Below, one piece after another: positions 1 to 10,400 of a DNA stretch of 32,689 bases. Below the pieces are notes generated by a model. The model ran no database searches. It saw only the letters and a program-made list of their open reading frames with translations, and was not told the origin of the DNA. The position numbers were made by a program, and so were the translations under genes. The DNA is from a virus (taxonomy: Duplodnaviria > Caudoviricetes): positions 1 to 32,689 of the IMG/VR virus record IMGVR_UViG_3300020045_003294. One strand, given 5' to 3'. Position 1 is the first letter of the stretch. Each line of letters opens with the position of its first letter.

Positions 1-864
1 TACCCCGGTAGTTCCAGCAACACCTTGCGAACCTGTTATTCCTTGAGGCCCCGGATCACCCTGAGAACCCGTAATACCTATCGGGCCTTGATAGCCAGTA
101 ACACCCGTGCCACCCATAATCCCTGTATTGCCTTGGTTGCCTTGTACGCCCTGCTGTCCAGTAATACCTGTAGAGCCTTGCACACCTGTCGAGCCTTGAC
201 TACCCTGTGCTCCTTGCGGCCCGGTGATTCCCGTTAACCCTTGGTATCCGGTGATTCCCATCGGCCCCTGATCGCCAGCGGCACCGGTAGCACCCTGAGG
301 GCCAGTTTCACCACCCACACCAGTTGCACCAGCCGGACCTTGAGAACCAGTCACTCCCACCAATCCAGTCGCACCCTGTGTACCCGTTTGACCTTGAGAA
401 CCCTGGATTCCCTGTGTTCCTGTTAATCCCTGTTGTCCGGTAGCACCCTGAGCGCCTACGTTTCCCTGCGGTCCCTGTGTACCTGTTATACCTCTGATCC
501 CGGTTACTCCCTGAGCGCCAGCATTACCTTGCGCCCCCTGAATACCAGTTAATCCCTGAGATCCGATAGCTCCAGTAATGCCTTGTGCGCCCGTTGACCC
601 CTGCGTTCCAGTTGTGCCTTGCGTACCTTGAATACCCGTAGGACCTGCGACTCCTTGTACCCCTTGTTCACCCTGGATTCCTTGCACACCCTGAATTCCG
701 GTTACGCCCTGAGGACCGGCTGATCCAGTATTCCCCGCAGGACCGGTAGCGCCAGCAGGACCAACCGCGCCATCAGGACCCGCAGGACCAGTGGGACCGG
801 ATATTTCAGATACAAGCCTTTGCTTTCTTAGACTTCCATCTGTTTTTTGTTTTGTTGATGGCAT
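1..864 (-). CDS. Collagen-like (Gly-X-Y) protein, probable virion fibre; 3' end outside window
   Basis: Absent from the ORF track because there is no stop in the window. ATG at 864 after GAAAGGA. Reads [22 protein letters not shown] then [12 protein letters not shown]...[11 protein letters not shown]. The triplet phase at both ends fits 88 uninterrupted triplets from 798 to 1. Confidence 0.93.
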   Translation of the reverse strand, partial: MPSTKQKTDGSLRKQRLVSEISGPTGPAGPDGAVGPAGATGPAGNTGSAGPQGVTGIQGVQGIQGEQGVQGVAGPTGIQGTQGTTGTQGSTGAQGITGAIGSQGLTGIQGAQGNAGAQGVTGIRGITGTQGPQGNVGAQGATGQQGLTGTQGIQGSQGQTGTQGATGLVGVTGSQGPAGATGVGGETGPQGATGAAGDQGPMGITGYQGLTGITGPQGAQGSQGSTGVQGSTGITGQQGVQGNQGNTGIMGGTGVTGYQGPIGITGSQGDPGPQGITGSQGVAGTTGV

Positions 865-894
865 CGGTGATCCTTTCAGTTAAAAAACGTATAA

Positions 895-1008
895 AATAAA
901 AAAGCCCCATAGAATCGATTTTACTCAATTCCAATGGGGCTTCAGCGCGATTGGGTACTAACTTATGCGTCTATCAAAAGGAATATCTATCAAGAGGGAT
1001 AAGTTAGT
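895..1008 (-). ncRNA. Structured RNA element copy A (stem with CCCUC/GACGC core, CGCGC, then intrinsic terminator)
   Basis: Perfect stem 999-1008/957-966 enclosing CCCTC...GACGC, then CAATCGCGC, then hairpin AAGCCCCA...TGGGGCTT (942-902) and a U-tract. A second copy is at 13840-13938. Confidence 0.7.
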
Positions 1009-1038
1009 GTTTATTTTTCAGATTATAATTACATTAAC

Positions 1039-3219
1039 TCACATCTCCCAAATTAACTTTTGCCACTCAACGGCAATATCCGTCCAATCACACTTTTTAT
1101 CCAACATAGATAATCGGTTTAATGCTTGATATTTCATTAATAACACAGAATCAGACATTAATTCAACGGATTTATCAATAAACTTTTGTTGGTACATCTT
1201 ACTATATGGACTCCCGGTTAGCAAGAAATTAAGATTACGGTCAACAGTTGTGGATAATGCGCCCATATCAGTTGTAATTACAGGAGTTCCGGCAAGTTGA
1301 GATTCAAAAGTAGTGAGGCAGAAAGTCTCCCAAAAGTTATTCGGGTACAACATCAATTCCGAGCTCAACATTTCCTCAGCCACCTTCGCGTGGGTAACGC
1401 GACCTGTAAATTTCACATTAGTAAAGTTAGATAACTTATTTAGTAATGTCGCACGTTGCCCTTCAACTGAATTCTTCCATTCTTCTGATTGACCCCATGT
1501 CTTCAATCCTTCCCAGCCGTATAATATAGTAAGATGAATATCAGGTATCTTAGAAGTTAATTCTGGCCACATATCAGCAAGGATATACAATCCACGATCC
1601 GGATTACTGCTATAAATAACTTTTCCTTTAACTTTCGGAATAGGCTTGTTGAATAGCTCTTTCCTTAATCCGAGCGGGATGATGTGGAGTTTTTTTGAAT
1701 TTACTACTTCACCAAACCGTTGTGCTATATAACATCGGTGCCATAACGAACTACACACGATAGCATCAGCCTTATCAAATGCATCCGGATGATTTGGATC
1801 GGCAAAATGTGCATCTTGGAGCCAGACTATCTTCTTTGATTTTGATTCAAGATACATAGCATCAAACCAGCGGGAAGTGATAATAACATCAGGCTCAAGG
1901 CAGATGTAATTATTCAGATTTTGATACGGAATATAATACACTCCATCATAAACGTGTTCCTGGGATGTATTACAGAACAAGAACACGGTATGCCCAATAT
2001 CGGAAAACTCCTTAGCCATCTCGATATAGGTAGTCTCTACCCCATGGACTCCTTGGGTATCCAGTATCCCACCCCATATCGGTTCAGGAGTTACCCCTAA
2101 TGTCATAAAGATTTTCTGCTTTGTTTCCTTCCGGCACCACCATAAATTGTTTAATAACCGATGGTCCGTTCCGGCAATTTCCTCTAAAACAGACTTCGCC
2201 TTATCATATTGTTTCATTTTATAATAACACATAAATAACTGGTCTTTTGGGTACTCATTGTATGTTTTCTTGGATAGGAATAGAACAACATCATTAGGAA
2301 TCGGGAGTGAAGATGCTGTGATATATTGAGCCGCCGCTTTATCGTAATTCTGAAGACTGAAGAAAACGTCACCCAATAAGCAATAAACCTCAGCACGCCG
2401 AGTATCAATCGTGATAGCTTGGTTACAGTAATCAATCGCTTGTTCGTAATCTCCGGTTGATTTGTATGCCTTGGCGATATCGTAACAAGCCTGCCACCGT
2501 TCGTCACGATAATTGTTGTCAGGTAATGATAAGTATTGCTCAAGACTTGATATAGCCAACATGGGTTCATCGAGATCGAGATATGTGCGCCCCAGATAGA
2601 ACCAGGCACGATGATCGTTGGGATTATTGGATATAGCCTCATTAAGTAACCGGATGTATAACTCAAAACGCGATCTTGCCGTTGCAGCCTTATCGGATTT
2701 CAGGTGTTCATGCCGAACCAAGATAGAATTATCGAATGTCGTAGGTTGATCGTTGCTGCATGTGAGACATTCATGCACACCGGGACCAACGAAAGAATAA
2801 TTTCCATCATTACGAAACATCCGGATACGGTGATATTCCATGTCAACAACGCTGTAATTATCCGCTGGCCCTTCGGTAATATAACAACTCAAGGCATTAC
2901 ACATTCCGGATTCAGCATAATCACGAATTTTGTAAGCATTCTGGTATAATATTTCATCCGCATCCATCCAAAGAATATAATCCGCATCGGTTTGTTCTGC
3001 TATCTTTAATGCTGCATTCTTTGTATCGACAAAATTAACAAACGGAATTTCATGCAGATCACCGTATTCTTTAATAATATCCTGCGTACCATCCGTAGAG
3101 CCAGTGTCAATAATGATATAACTATCAACAACATCACGAACCGCATCCAAGCACTTGCGTAAAATCTCCGATTCATTCTTAACAATCATACATGCAGCTA
3201 TTTTCTTCCCGGTTCCCAT
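1039..3219 (-). CDS. Multidomain glycosyltransferase: GT2 (GT-A) + TPR repeats + GT4-like (GT-B)
   Basis: GT2 motifs CMIVKNE, IDTGSTDGT and MDADE (DxD). TPR helices RAWFYLGRTY, ACYDIAKAY, AEVYCLLGDVF. GT-B motifs YSSNPDRGL and ETFCLTTFESQLAGTPVITTDMGAL. Start set at 3219 (TGATG overlap with the upstream stop). Confidence 0.92.
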   Translation of the reverse strand: MGTGKKIAACMIVKNESEILRKCLDAVRDVVDSYIIIDTGSTDGTQDIIKEYGDLHEIPFVNFVDTKNAALKIAEQTDADYILWMDADEILYQNAYKIRDYAESGMCNALSCYITEGPADNYSVVDMEYHRIRMFRNDGNYSFVGPGVHECLTCSNDQPTTFDNSILVRHEHLKSDKAATARSRFELYIRLLNEAISNNPNDHRAWFYLGRTYLDLDEPMLAISSLEQYLSLPDNNYRDERWQACYDIAKAYKSTGDYEQAIDYCNQAITIDTRRAEVYCLLGDVFFSLQNYDKAAAQYITASSLPIPNDVVLFLSKKTYNEYPKDQLFMCYYKMKQYDKAKSVLEEIAGTDHRLLNNLWWCRKETKQKIFMTLGVTPEPIWGGILDTQGVHGVETTYIEMAKEFSDIGHTVFLFCNTSQEHVYDGVYYIPYQNLNNYICLEPDVIITSRWFDAMYLESKSKKIVWLQDAHFADPNHPDAFDKADAIVCSSLWHRCYIAQRFGEVVNSKKLHIIPLGLRKELFNKPIPKVKGKVIYSSNPDRGLYILADMWPELTSKIPDIHLTILYGWEGLKTWGQSEEWKNSVEGQRATLLNKLSNFTNVKFTGRVTHAKVAEEMLSSELMLYPNNFWETFCLTTFESQLAGTPVITTDMGALSTTVDRNLNFLLTGSPYSKMYQQKFIDKSVELMSDSVLLMKYQALNRLSMLDKKCDWTDIAVEWQKLIWEM

Positions 3220-4454
3220 CAGCCAACCTTTCTCGCCATGCAATAAGCACTTGGCGTTCCGTTCCCATCATAATTAAAACTCTCAATAATATCAAATCCA
3301 ATATCAGTAAGAATGGATATGAGTTTTTGTAACGACATCCCCCCTTGATGGATCTGTCCATAATCAAGCTGACTATTATCTGCATCCCACGTTCTGCATT
3401 TATCAACATTGCTTAATGCGTCTACCTGGGACCCGTAAATAGTAGAAATGCCCCAATTCCACTTAATTTCATTATCCATTTGTAAGAAGGTTTTCATGCA
3501 CAGTTCAATATCCGGAATACCAATTTCCAATATCCCGCCAAACTTTAATACCCGATGCCATTCTATTAATGTTGATATAAACTGGACATAAGGAATATGC
3601 TCAAGAACATGCTGCGCGTTAATCCGATCTATAACTTCATTTCTATAAGGTAAATCGCGCATGTCTGCAACAATGTCAGGCTCTCCGTATTTATCCATAT
3701 TAACATATCCGGGATAACGAGTATTTCCGCATCCGATATTAAGTTTTATTTTATCCTCTTCGATTAAATTAAATTCCACCTGCTGTTTGGCAATCAGATA
3801 ATCACGATTAGCAACCATCTTATCAATAGGAATCTTGCCGACAATTCCATCGAACCGGGAACAACAATCAAAGTAGAATTTACCCCATTTGTTCATGAGA
3901 TATTCATTTGTAGTCTTTACAACATCCATCTTGGCAAAGTTATTGGTTTTGTATTGATGGTAGACAACTGCCGGAGCAATGCCAATCTTATAACCAAGGC
4001 TTTTGATGGTAACTGAATAACTTGTATCAATAGCTGTGTTTTTGTCGGGTAAATTAAAGTCAGGAGTAACATGACCGATAAGTTTACTATCAATCATCTG
4101 GAAATATCCCGGCATCCACCCCGTTTCACGGTCAATGAGGGTATCACTGAAATCATAATCAGGATCGTAAGTTGAGTATGTACCGACCATGGCCCACCGA
4201 TTTTTCATCATAGATATAAGACATTGGTTAAGCACAGGCTGGATAAACTCAATATCATCATCCAAGAATATCCAGAATCGCTTGTTTGTAGCTCGAAAAT
4301 TCTGCCTCAACATCTCAAAGTTTTCTAATATTGGACGATCTGCAATCTGGACAATAAATGGTATGTTGGGATGGAACTTCTTTACAGATTCTAATAGCTT
4401 TGGTAAGTTTTCGGTTCGATGCGTGAATGTTCCAAAAGCAACATCATAAAGCAT
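3219..4454 (-). CDS. GT2-like glycosyltransferase fused to class I SAM-dependent methyltransferase
   Basis: N-terminal half has FLDDDIEF (DxD). C-terminal half has LNIGCG (SAM motif I), HVLEHI and EWHRVLKFGG. Confidence 0.85.
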   Translation of the reverse strand: MLYDVAFGTFTHRTENLPKLLESVKKFHPNIPFIVQIADRPILENFEMLRQNFRATNKRFWIFLDDDIEFIQPVLNQCLISMMKNRWAMVGTYSTYDPDYDFSDTLIDRETGWMPGYFQMIDSKLIGHVTPDFNLPDKNTAIDTSYSVTIKSLGYKIGIAPAVVYHQYKTNNFAKMDVVKTTNEYLMNKWGKFYFDCCSRFDGIVGKIPIDKMVANRDYLIAKQQVEFNLIEEDKIKLNIGCGNTRYPGYVNMDKYGEPDIVADMRDLPYRNEVIDRINAQHVLEHIPYVQFISTLIEWHRVLKFGGILEIGIPDIELCMKTFLQMDNEIKWNWGISTIYGSQVDALSNVDKCRTWDADNSQLDYGQIHQGGMSLQKLISILTDIGFDIIESFNYDGNGTPSAYCMARKVG

Positions 4455-4469
4455 TATATTATCCTTTCT

Positions 4470-7073
4470 TTAATAACGCCATGGTGAGGGATCTGTGCAT
4501 ACGAGAAATTTGTAAACTATCGGTTGCCTACCGCTTGAATCGTTGGTTAAGGTTAATCGTGCGATGTAACTGGTTCCAGGAAAAGTACATGTCATGGTTC
4601 CTTCGAGGTAATCCGTACCATCAGAAGAATCATAAACAATCTGGTAATGACCACCGTTATCGAAACTCACCTCCATTCTTATATATCCGTAGCCACCATT
4701 TGAGTAATCTAAATAAGATAAAAATGCAACAAAAGAAGTCGGATTATCATCTTTTAACGAATAAGCACCAGCCGCAGGAGTACCGGAAACGGTGAGTGTG
4801 TTGGGAGTATTGCTTGTTATGGTGAACGTTGATGCAGCACTATCAACCAGAGTGAGATTGGTGCATTGATCCGCAAACCAACTCTTACCTGTATCCGTAA
4901 GAAAATTCAATCCAACAGAAGTCGATGTTCCTGTTTCGATAGTCGTAATGTTGGTATATGTTTTGCTTGTAAATCCATATGCCCGATCTGCAACAATGCC
5001 ACCAGAAATTAGATAACTTTTTTCTACGGTGCATTGATATACAGCAGGTTCCGGATCTGCACGTTTCGTTTCATCGTTAAACGCATCATAGATAGCAAAT
5101 TGCGCCCATGCTATAATCTGGAAGTTCATCTTCATCAATTCTAATTCAAGAGCCTTATCATTCGCATAGGTATCAATAAAAGGATCTTCATCGGTTCGTA
5201 ACTCGAATATTGTTTTCCCGGTAGCATCCTTGCCACGCAATCCATATACATTGGTATCCAGTTCACCTAACTTAACCTTCTCAACACCGGCATCATATAA
5301 AGTTATCTCCGGCGTGTCAGGATCAAGCAGGATGAAGCTGGTAGTCTTGCCTATACGTAACCTTCCCTCAAGGGCATTCGGTACGCTGGCGTTCGTTGAG
5401 TCCGGTCCTGATATGATTACTGAATATGTCCCGGTTGTAGTATCTGTTGAAATTGTAATTGCCCCAGGATTAAGATCGGCCCAATCATCCAGCGCAACGG
5501 AAAATTTAATTGCACGAATATTGATTGATACATCCGCACTAATAACCACTTCATCAATCAAAACATCATACGAACCGCCAAAATCTGCATAGTTGATGGT
5601 TATGACATCATCTGGACGCAACGCAAGGCACGTACCTTTAAGAGTGCATGATACATCTGCTTCCTTGAGTAACTTACGTTGATAGTATAATGTTCCTAAT
5701 TTCTGGATATGTTGTGTGTTCTGCACACCCGGAAATTCAATCGTTTCTGATCCGACAACCAACTTTGTTGTTTTTGCCGGAACGAGAGTTTTGAGAAATG
5801 TATCTTGCGACTCACCGGATTGCTGCCATGCTACGTATGCTGAATCAGAATTAACTTCTGCAATGGCATCGGTGTATTTAAAACTTGATGGGCCTGTTTC
5901 CTGTGATTTGGTCACTTCAACCGAAGTAATTGTTTTCTGAGATACTTTAGATAGCACCTGAAGGCTAAGTTGCTCACCCACCACAAGACATGCGTGGCAC
6001 ATGGCGAGAAGTTTCGATAGAACGGTCGTTCTATTTTCCTTGTACCAAAATGCAAAATTCCACGTTAATCCCCATGATGCAAAAGTTGTTTTGGCTGTAT
6101 CGAATGATGCCAAGTTAAGATCGTAATCAAGGCACCCCATATTGCGTAATACGATACGGATAATATCAGCAGGATTCGTGACTGATAACGTTAAGGCTTT
6201 ACTGAATTTTGTCGGCATATCGAGAATGGTTGTACCGGATACCCATATCCCGGAAGCATCAACAACGCCATCTGAATTGGAATCAACGATAATAGGCTGA
6301 AATACTCTCCAGTTTGTGAGATCCGCATCCGGTTTTGTCGATTGCGTGAATGTGTACGATGGCGAGGTCCATGCGATCTTCGTCCCCATAGAGGCTGGTG
6401 ATCGAACCTCTGAGATAGTGTAGGTATCTGTGGTATCACCCAATAAATAATATCTCGATGTTCCGGTATAGATCGATCTCAATGGTACATAGCATGTTCC
6501 ATATGGTTCTGGAACACAGATGCTATCATTAGAAGTATCGTTTGCAGTAGGGAATATATCAGAAACAAGTCGGGTATTTGGATATGTGCCTTGTAGATAT
6601 TGCTGAAGAAAATCTTCGCACACAACATCGATTTGTTGATTGTAAGGCGATGCGGATTTGATTCGGAACCGCCATGAGCCAACTACTTGTTTGCCTAATC
6701 CATCATCAACAACTAATGCGATACGTACTTGACCGTTCTTGAAATTGGATGCTGTAAGAGTATTGGATGAATTCAGGATAGTAAAATTTACATCATTGGG
6801 TGCATGAATCCCGGATTCGGATTTCGACCTGCGAAGCGTGATTCCTGAAAAGTTGGTTATCTTGAAGGTGTGGGAAGTATCCCACTCTGAATCACTATAA
6901 CCACCAGGCGCTTCTACAGCCCCTACGTTAATCGTTCCAGTTCCGGCTGGCACTGTACCCGTTGACCAATGATATTCCGTACCGAGGTTATCGATAACAC
7001 GAAAAAGCCAATAAACGGTTTTATTGGCAGCGGCGATAACAGCTAATTGGCGAGTAGAGAAAGTTTCAGGCAT
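4470..7073 (-). CDS. Tail tip / baseplate hub protein (Tal/gpJ-like) with C-terminal extension
   Basis: 867 aa, S/T-rich, second gene after the tape measure. Has NPADIIRIVL and LALRPDDVITI segments typical of tail hub proteins. Confidence 0.75.
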   Translation of the reverse strand: MPETFSTRQLAVIAAANKTVYWLFRVIDNLGTEYHWSTGTVPAGTGTINVGAVEAPGGYSDSEWDTSHTFKITNFSGITLRRSKSESGIHAPNDVNFTILNSSNTLTASNFKNGQVRIALVVDDGLGKQVVGSWRFRIKSASPYNQQIDVVCEDFLQQYLQGTYPNTRLVSDIFPTANDTSNDSICVPEPYGTCYVPLRSIYTGTSRYYLLGDTTDTYTISEVRSPASMGTKIAWTSPSYTFTQSTKPDADLTNWRVFQPIIVDSNSDGVVDASGIWVSGTTILDMPTKFSKALTLSVTNPADIIRIVLRNMGCLDYDLNLASFDTAKTTFASWGLTWNFAFWYKENRTTVLSKLLAMCHACLVVGEQLSLQVLSKVSQKTITSVEVTKSQETGPSSFKYTDAIAEVNSDSAYVAWQQSGESQDTFLKTLVPAKTTKLVVGSETIEFPGVQNTQHIQKLGTLYYQRKLLKEADVSCTLKGTCLALRPDDVITINYADFGGSYDVLIDEVVISADVSINIRAIKFSVALDDWADLNPGAITISTDTTTGTYSVIISGPDSTNASVPNALEGRLRIGKTTSFILLDPDTPEITLYDAGVEKVKLGELDTNVYGLRGKDATGKTIFELRTDEDPFIDTYANDKALELELMKMNFQIIAWAQFAIYDAFNDETKRADPEPAVYQCTVEKSYLISGGIVADRAYGFTSKTYTNITTIETGTSTSVGLNFLTDTGKSWFADQCTNLTLVDSAASTFTITSNTPNTLTVSGTPAAGAYSLKDDNPTSFVAFLSYLDYSNGGYGYIRMEVSFDNGGHYQIVYDSSDGTDYLEGTMTCTFPGTSYIARLTLTNDSSGRQPIVYKFLVCTDPSPWRY

Positions 7074-7480
7074 CAGTCGGCAATCCTACCAAGGATTTTC
7101 ATACGAATTGATTTTATCCCCATGCGTGACATAGCGTTTCCGGAACGAGGTAGCTTGCAATCGAACCGCACCACATAAGTGTGACCATCACCCCATGCGT
7201 ACTTGAATGATCGTTGGCACCCATTGGCCTTCACTGGATCATTGTACCAGTCGAAAATGGTGCCTGAGTTCGATTCAGATAACAGATTCCATTGAATATT
7301 GATATAGAAAATTGATGATGTGCCAAAACTAATTCTTTCCTCTGATCCATCAACACCATAATGAATCGTTTGAGATTTTGCTGATTCTTCAGCTACTTCG
7401 CCTTGGGGAAGAATCCCGATTGCGGCATTGTAATCAGGCGTTACCGTTGTTGTATGGTCGTAAATTTCCGTCGCAGCCAT
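7073..7480 (-). CDS. Putative distal tail protein (Dit/gpM-like)
   Basis: 135 aa immediately after the tape measure, with ANGCQRSFKY...YVVRFD resembling gpM-like proteins. Confidence 0.7.
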   Translation of the reverse strand: MAATEIYDHTTTVTPDYNAAIGILPQGEVAEESAKSQTIHYGVDGSEERISFGTSSIFYINIQWNLLSESNSGTIFDWYNDPVKANGCQRSFKYAWGDGHTYVVRFDCKLPRSGNAMSRMGIKSIRMKILGRIAD

Positions 7481-10400
7481 TAATTCACAATCCTCCTGAT
7501 CGCACCCGCTAAGTCACCATTACGGGGGATTTGTTTAGTTACCACATCACCAATTTCCTTGCCGTCAACATTCACATGGACATGGACAACCATCTCACCA
7601 CCAGGCCCATTCGACCCGCCGTTTAATCCTAAATTCTCCCAGAATGCTGATGGTGCCTTTTTCAAGAAATTGGTTCGTTGCGGTTCGTAGGTAGGCACGG
7701 CCCACTCACCACCAGCTTCACCGAAGATTGCAGGTACGCTGGAATAGCCACCAGATGCATGGCCTGTATATTCGGAAGAAGCGTACATGGATGCTGCTAT
7801 GGATGAAAGTGTCGTTCCGGAGCCATATAGCGCGGAGTAGTATTGGTATCCGCTCGTATCCGCAGAGCGACCCAATATAAGCTGATAGAGTTGGCTAATT
7901 GGATCAGTTGCAGCAACTGCACTTGCCGCTGCCATAGCCGCTGACGTTGCCGTATAAAGCTCGATATTCTTTAAGGCATCCAGTTGCCTTTGGGCGATGT
8001 CAAGTTGCAAGTCAACCCGGTCTCCAAGCGTCGAGACATCATTAATAACAGAGCTGTAGACATTCTGGTAATCCCCACTGTAAGTACGCATAAACTCAAG
8101 ATACGTTTTTGCGTAATTGAGGTAGCTGGAAATTGCATCTTCGCTCGCGTCACCAGCAAACGCTATGGATCTCTGACGACTGTATTCGTTTGCGTATGAT
8201 TCAGCCGATACAGCAGGAGAAAGATTGGACATGCTTATATCGATCAACCATTGCTTGATGGTATCACGTTGATTTTTAAGAGATGCAATCAAATCATTCT
8301 GAGCGTCCAGAACATCACCCAATGCGGTGTAGTATTCATCGGCAGATTCAGCCAATTCAAGCATCCGAACGTACATGTACTGACCGGAATCATCCAAAGT
8401 GAGAGATTCAAGCAAGCTACGATATCCGGAGCGAGTTTCCGGAAGTACCAAATTCATATCGGTAAACGCTTCGACAAGTTGTTGCTGGAGCCGTACTTGT
8501 TTTTCAGCATCAGAATAAAATTTATCGTAATATTTCTCAGCGTTTTCTCTGAGAGTATCTAAATCACCAGCGAGGTTGATAAGAGATTCACTAAGGGCAA
8601 TGGCTTCTTGCGCCGTCCCGACAAATGCTTGACCGGTCATTTCCATTGTATCGAGAATGACGGCCTTGTCCGTAATCAACCGAGTTGCCGTTTCAAGCAA
8701 TCCCTCACCAATCTTTTGATACTGCCCAACAATATCCCCAAATAGATCGAACGCAGCGATATCCGTTACTCTGCTGATTTCTTCAGTAAAAGCCGTGTTT
8801 ATTTCTTCCGCAGTCTTTCCGAGAAAATCAACAACGATATTTGAAAAAGTGTAGGAGTATAGTTTTTCCATATCCGCGCCCAATCCACTGCCCAACTCAA
8901 TGAATGTTCCGGCAAAGTTTTCATAAAGATTTTTAAACATCAACTTAATATCATCAGTTGTTTCAGATTGAGATCCACCTATTGTCGTACTACTATCGCC
9001 AAGCCATCCACCACTGTTTTCTGTTTTCCATGTTTGCCATTGGTTCGCCTGCACTGTACCCGGCCACTGCTCCGCTATGGTTCTAATAGGCCCAGCCCCA
9101 GCCTGCACCCCAATTCCCATTTGTTGGGTGGTGGTGGTTCCCCAAAACAGTTGATCCATATATGCAAATATCTTGTCAGCAAAGATAGACCCATTGCGAG
9201 AGATTGAACTCAACATGGGTGAAAATTCATTGACTACTGAAGTCGTTTCCATGGGAGTAAATGAAAGCCTGTTACGCACGACAGTTGTTACAAGTCCCGT
9301 GATATTCTGATTCAGGTCCTTCATCTGGTTGTAGATCCCAGACAACTCCCGGTATTCCATATCGTAGGTGTCTTGCATTAACTCCCAGGATTTGCTTATG
9401 GATTCGGAACCTTGATCGTTCGCGCCGCCGAGGACTGTGGTATTTTGGCCAAAGGCAGGGCCAGACAAAACTGACGCACCTGATCCACCACCACCAAACG
9501 CAATCCCTCCCATTGCCAAAACACCAGAAACAACAGCAATCATAGCTGCAATGCGAGCAAAGGCAGAATAAGGATCTCCTGTTCCTTGATTAACAACAGC
9601 ACCAACAGCAATCATTAGGTTTTTTTGAACTTGTAATGCAATTTCAGCAATAGTAGCTGCCTTAGACATATCACTTAACGCTTGACGTTCTCTAGAATCC
9701 TTTACATAAAGTTGACCCATTGCATCAAAATTCTGTGCCATGGATGAAAACGCAGATTGCCGTTCACTATTTTCTTGGAAAAATGTATCTGAGTTAAGTT
9801 TTTTTGTTTCTGCCGCAGTATTTTTAATAATCTTTTCTTTTGCTTTTTCCGCTTGTTCTGCTGATATAAGTCCTTTATTTTGAAGATTTTCAATAATTCT
9901 ATATTTTTCTTTTTCCATATCTATAATACGATTCATTGCTTTTTGATGAGAATCCGTTGAAAAAGAATCAACACTCATCATAATTTTACGATATTCCTCA
10001 GCAGCATCTATCTGTTTTTTTTTGTAATCTTCCAGATACTTTGCGTTTGACTCCTCTAATGCATCAAACCGTTCCATTTCTTCTATGTAGGATTTTTCTC
10101 TTAATTTAACTTCATCTTTCTCTTTATCTTTCAGATACTTTGCATTAGACTTCTCTGCTTCATCGAATAACTCCATTTCCTTTAGGTACGCTTTTTCTCG
10201 AACTTGTTCCATGTATTTAGCGTAGTCTTCAGCCTTTTTTTTCTCAGCATCCGTACCAGCACCCAATGGAATATCAGGAGAAGTTACCTTAGCTTGTGCT
10301 GCTTTTTTTGCTGCGTTATATTGCTTATCGTATGCCACAATAGAATCAGCAACGCCTGTGGTCACAAGATCAAAATTCTTTTTCTGTAATTTCCAAACAT

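Noticed and set aside
25-426. Plus-strand ORFs 25..237 and 241..426
   Set aside because: Antisense shadows of the 9-bp-periodic collagen gene; no RBS.
1-800. Repetitive DNA as a CRISPR array or satellite
   Set aside because: The periodicity is explained by Gly codons; there is no repeat-spacer structure.
4470-7073. Diversity-generating retroelement target in tail genes
   Set aside because: No reverse transcriptase or adenine-variant repeat pair is visible in this window.
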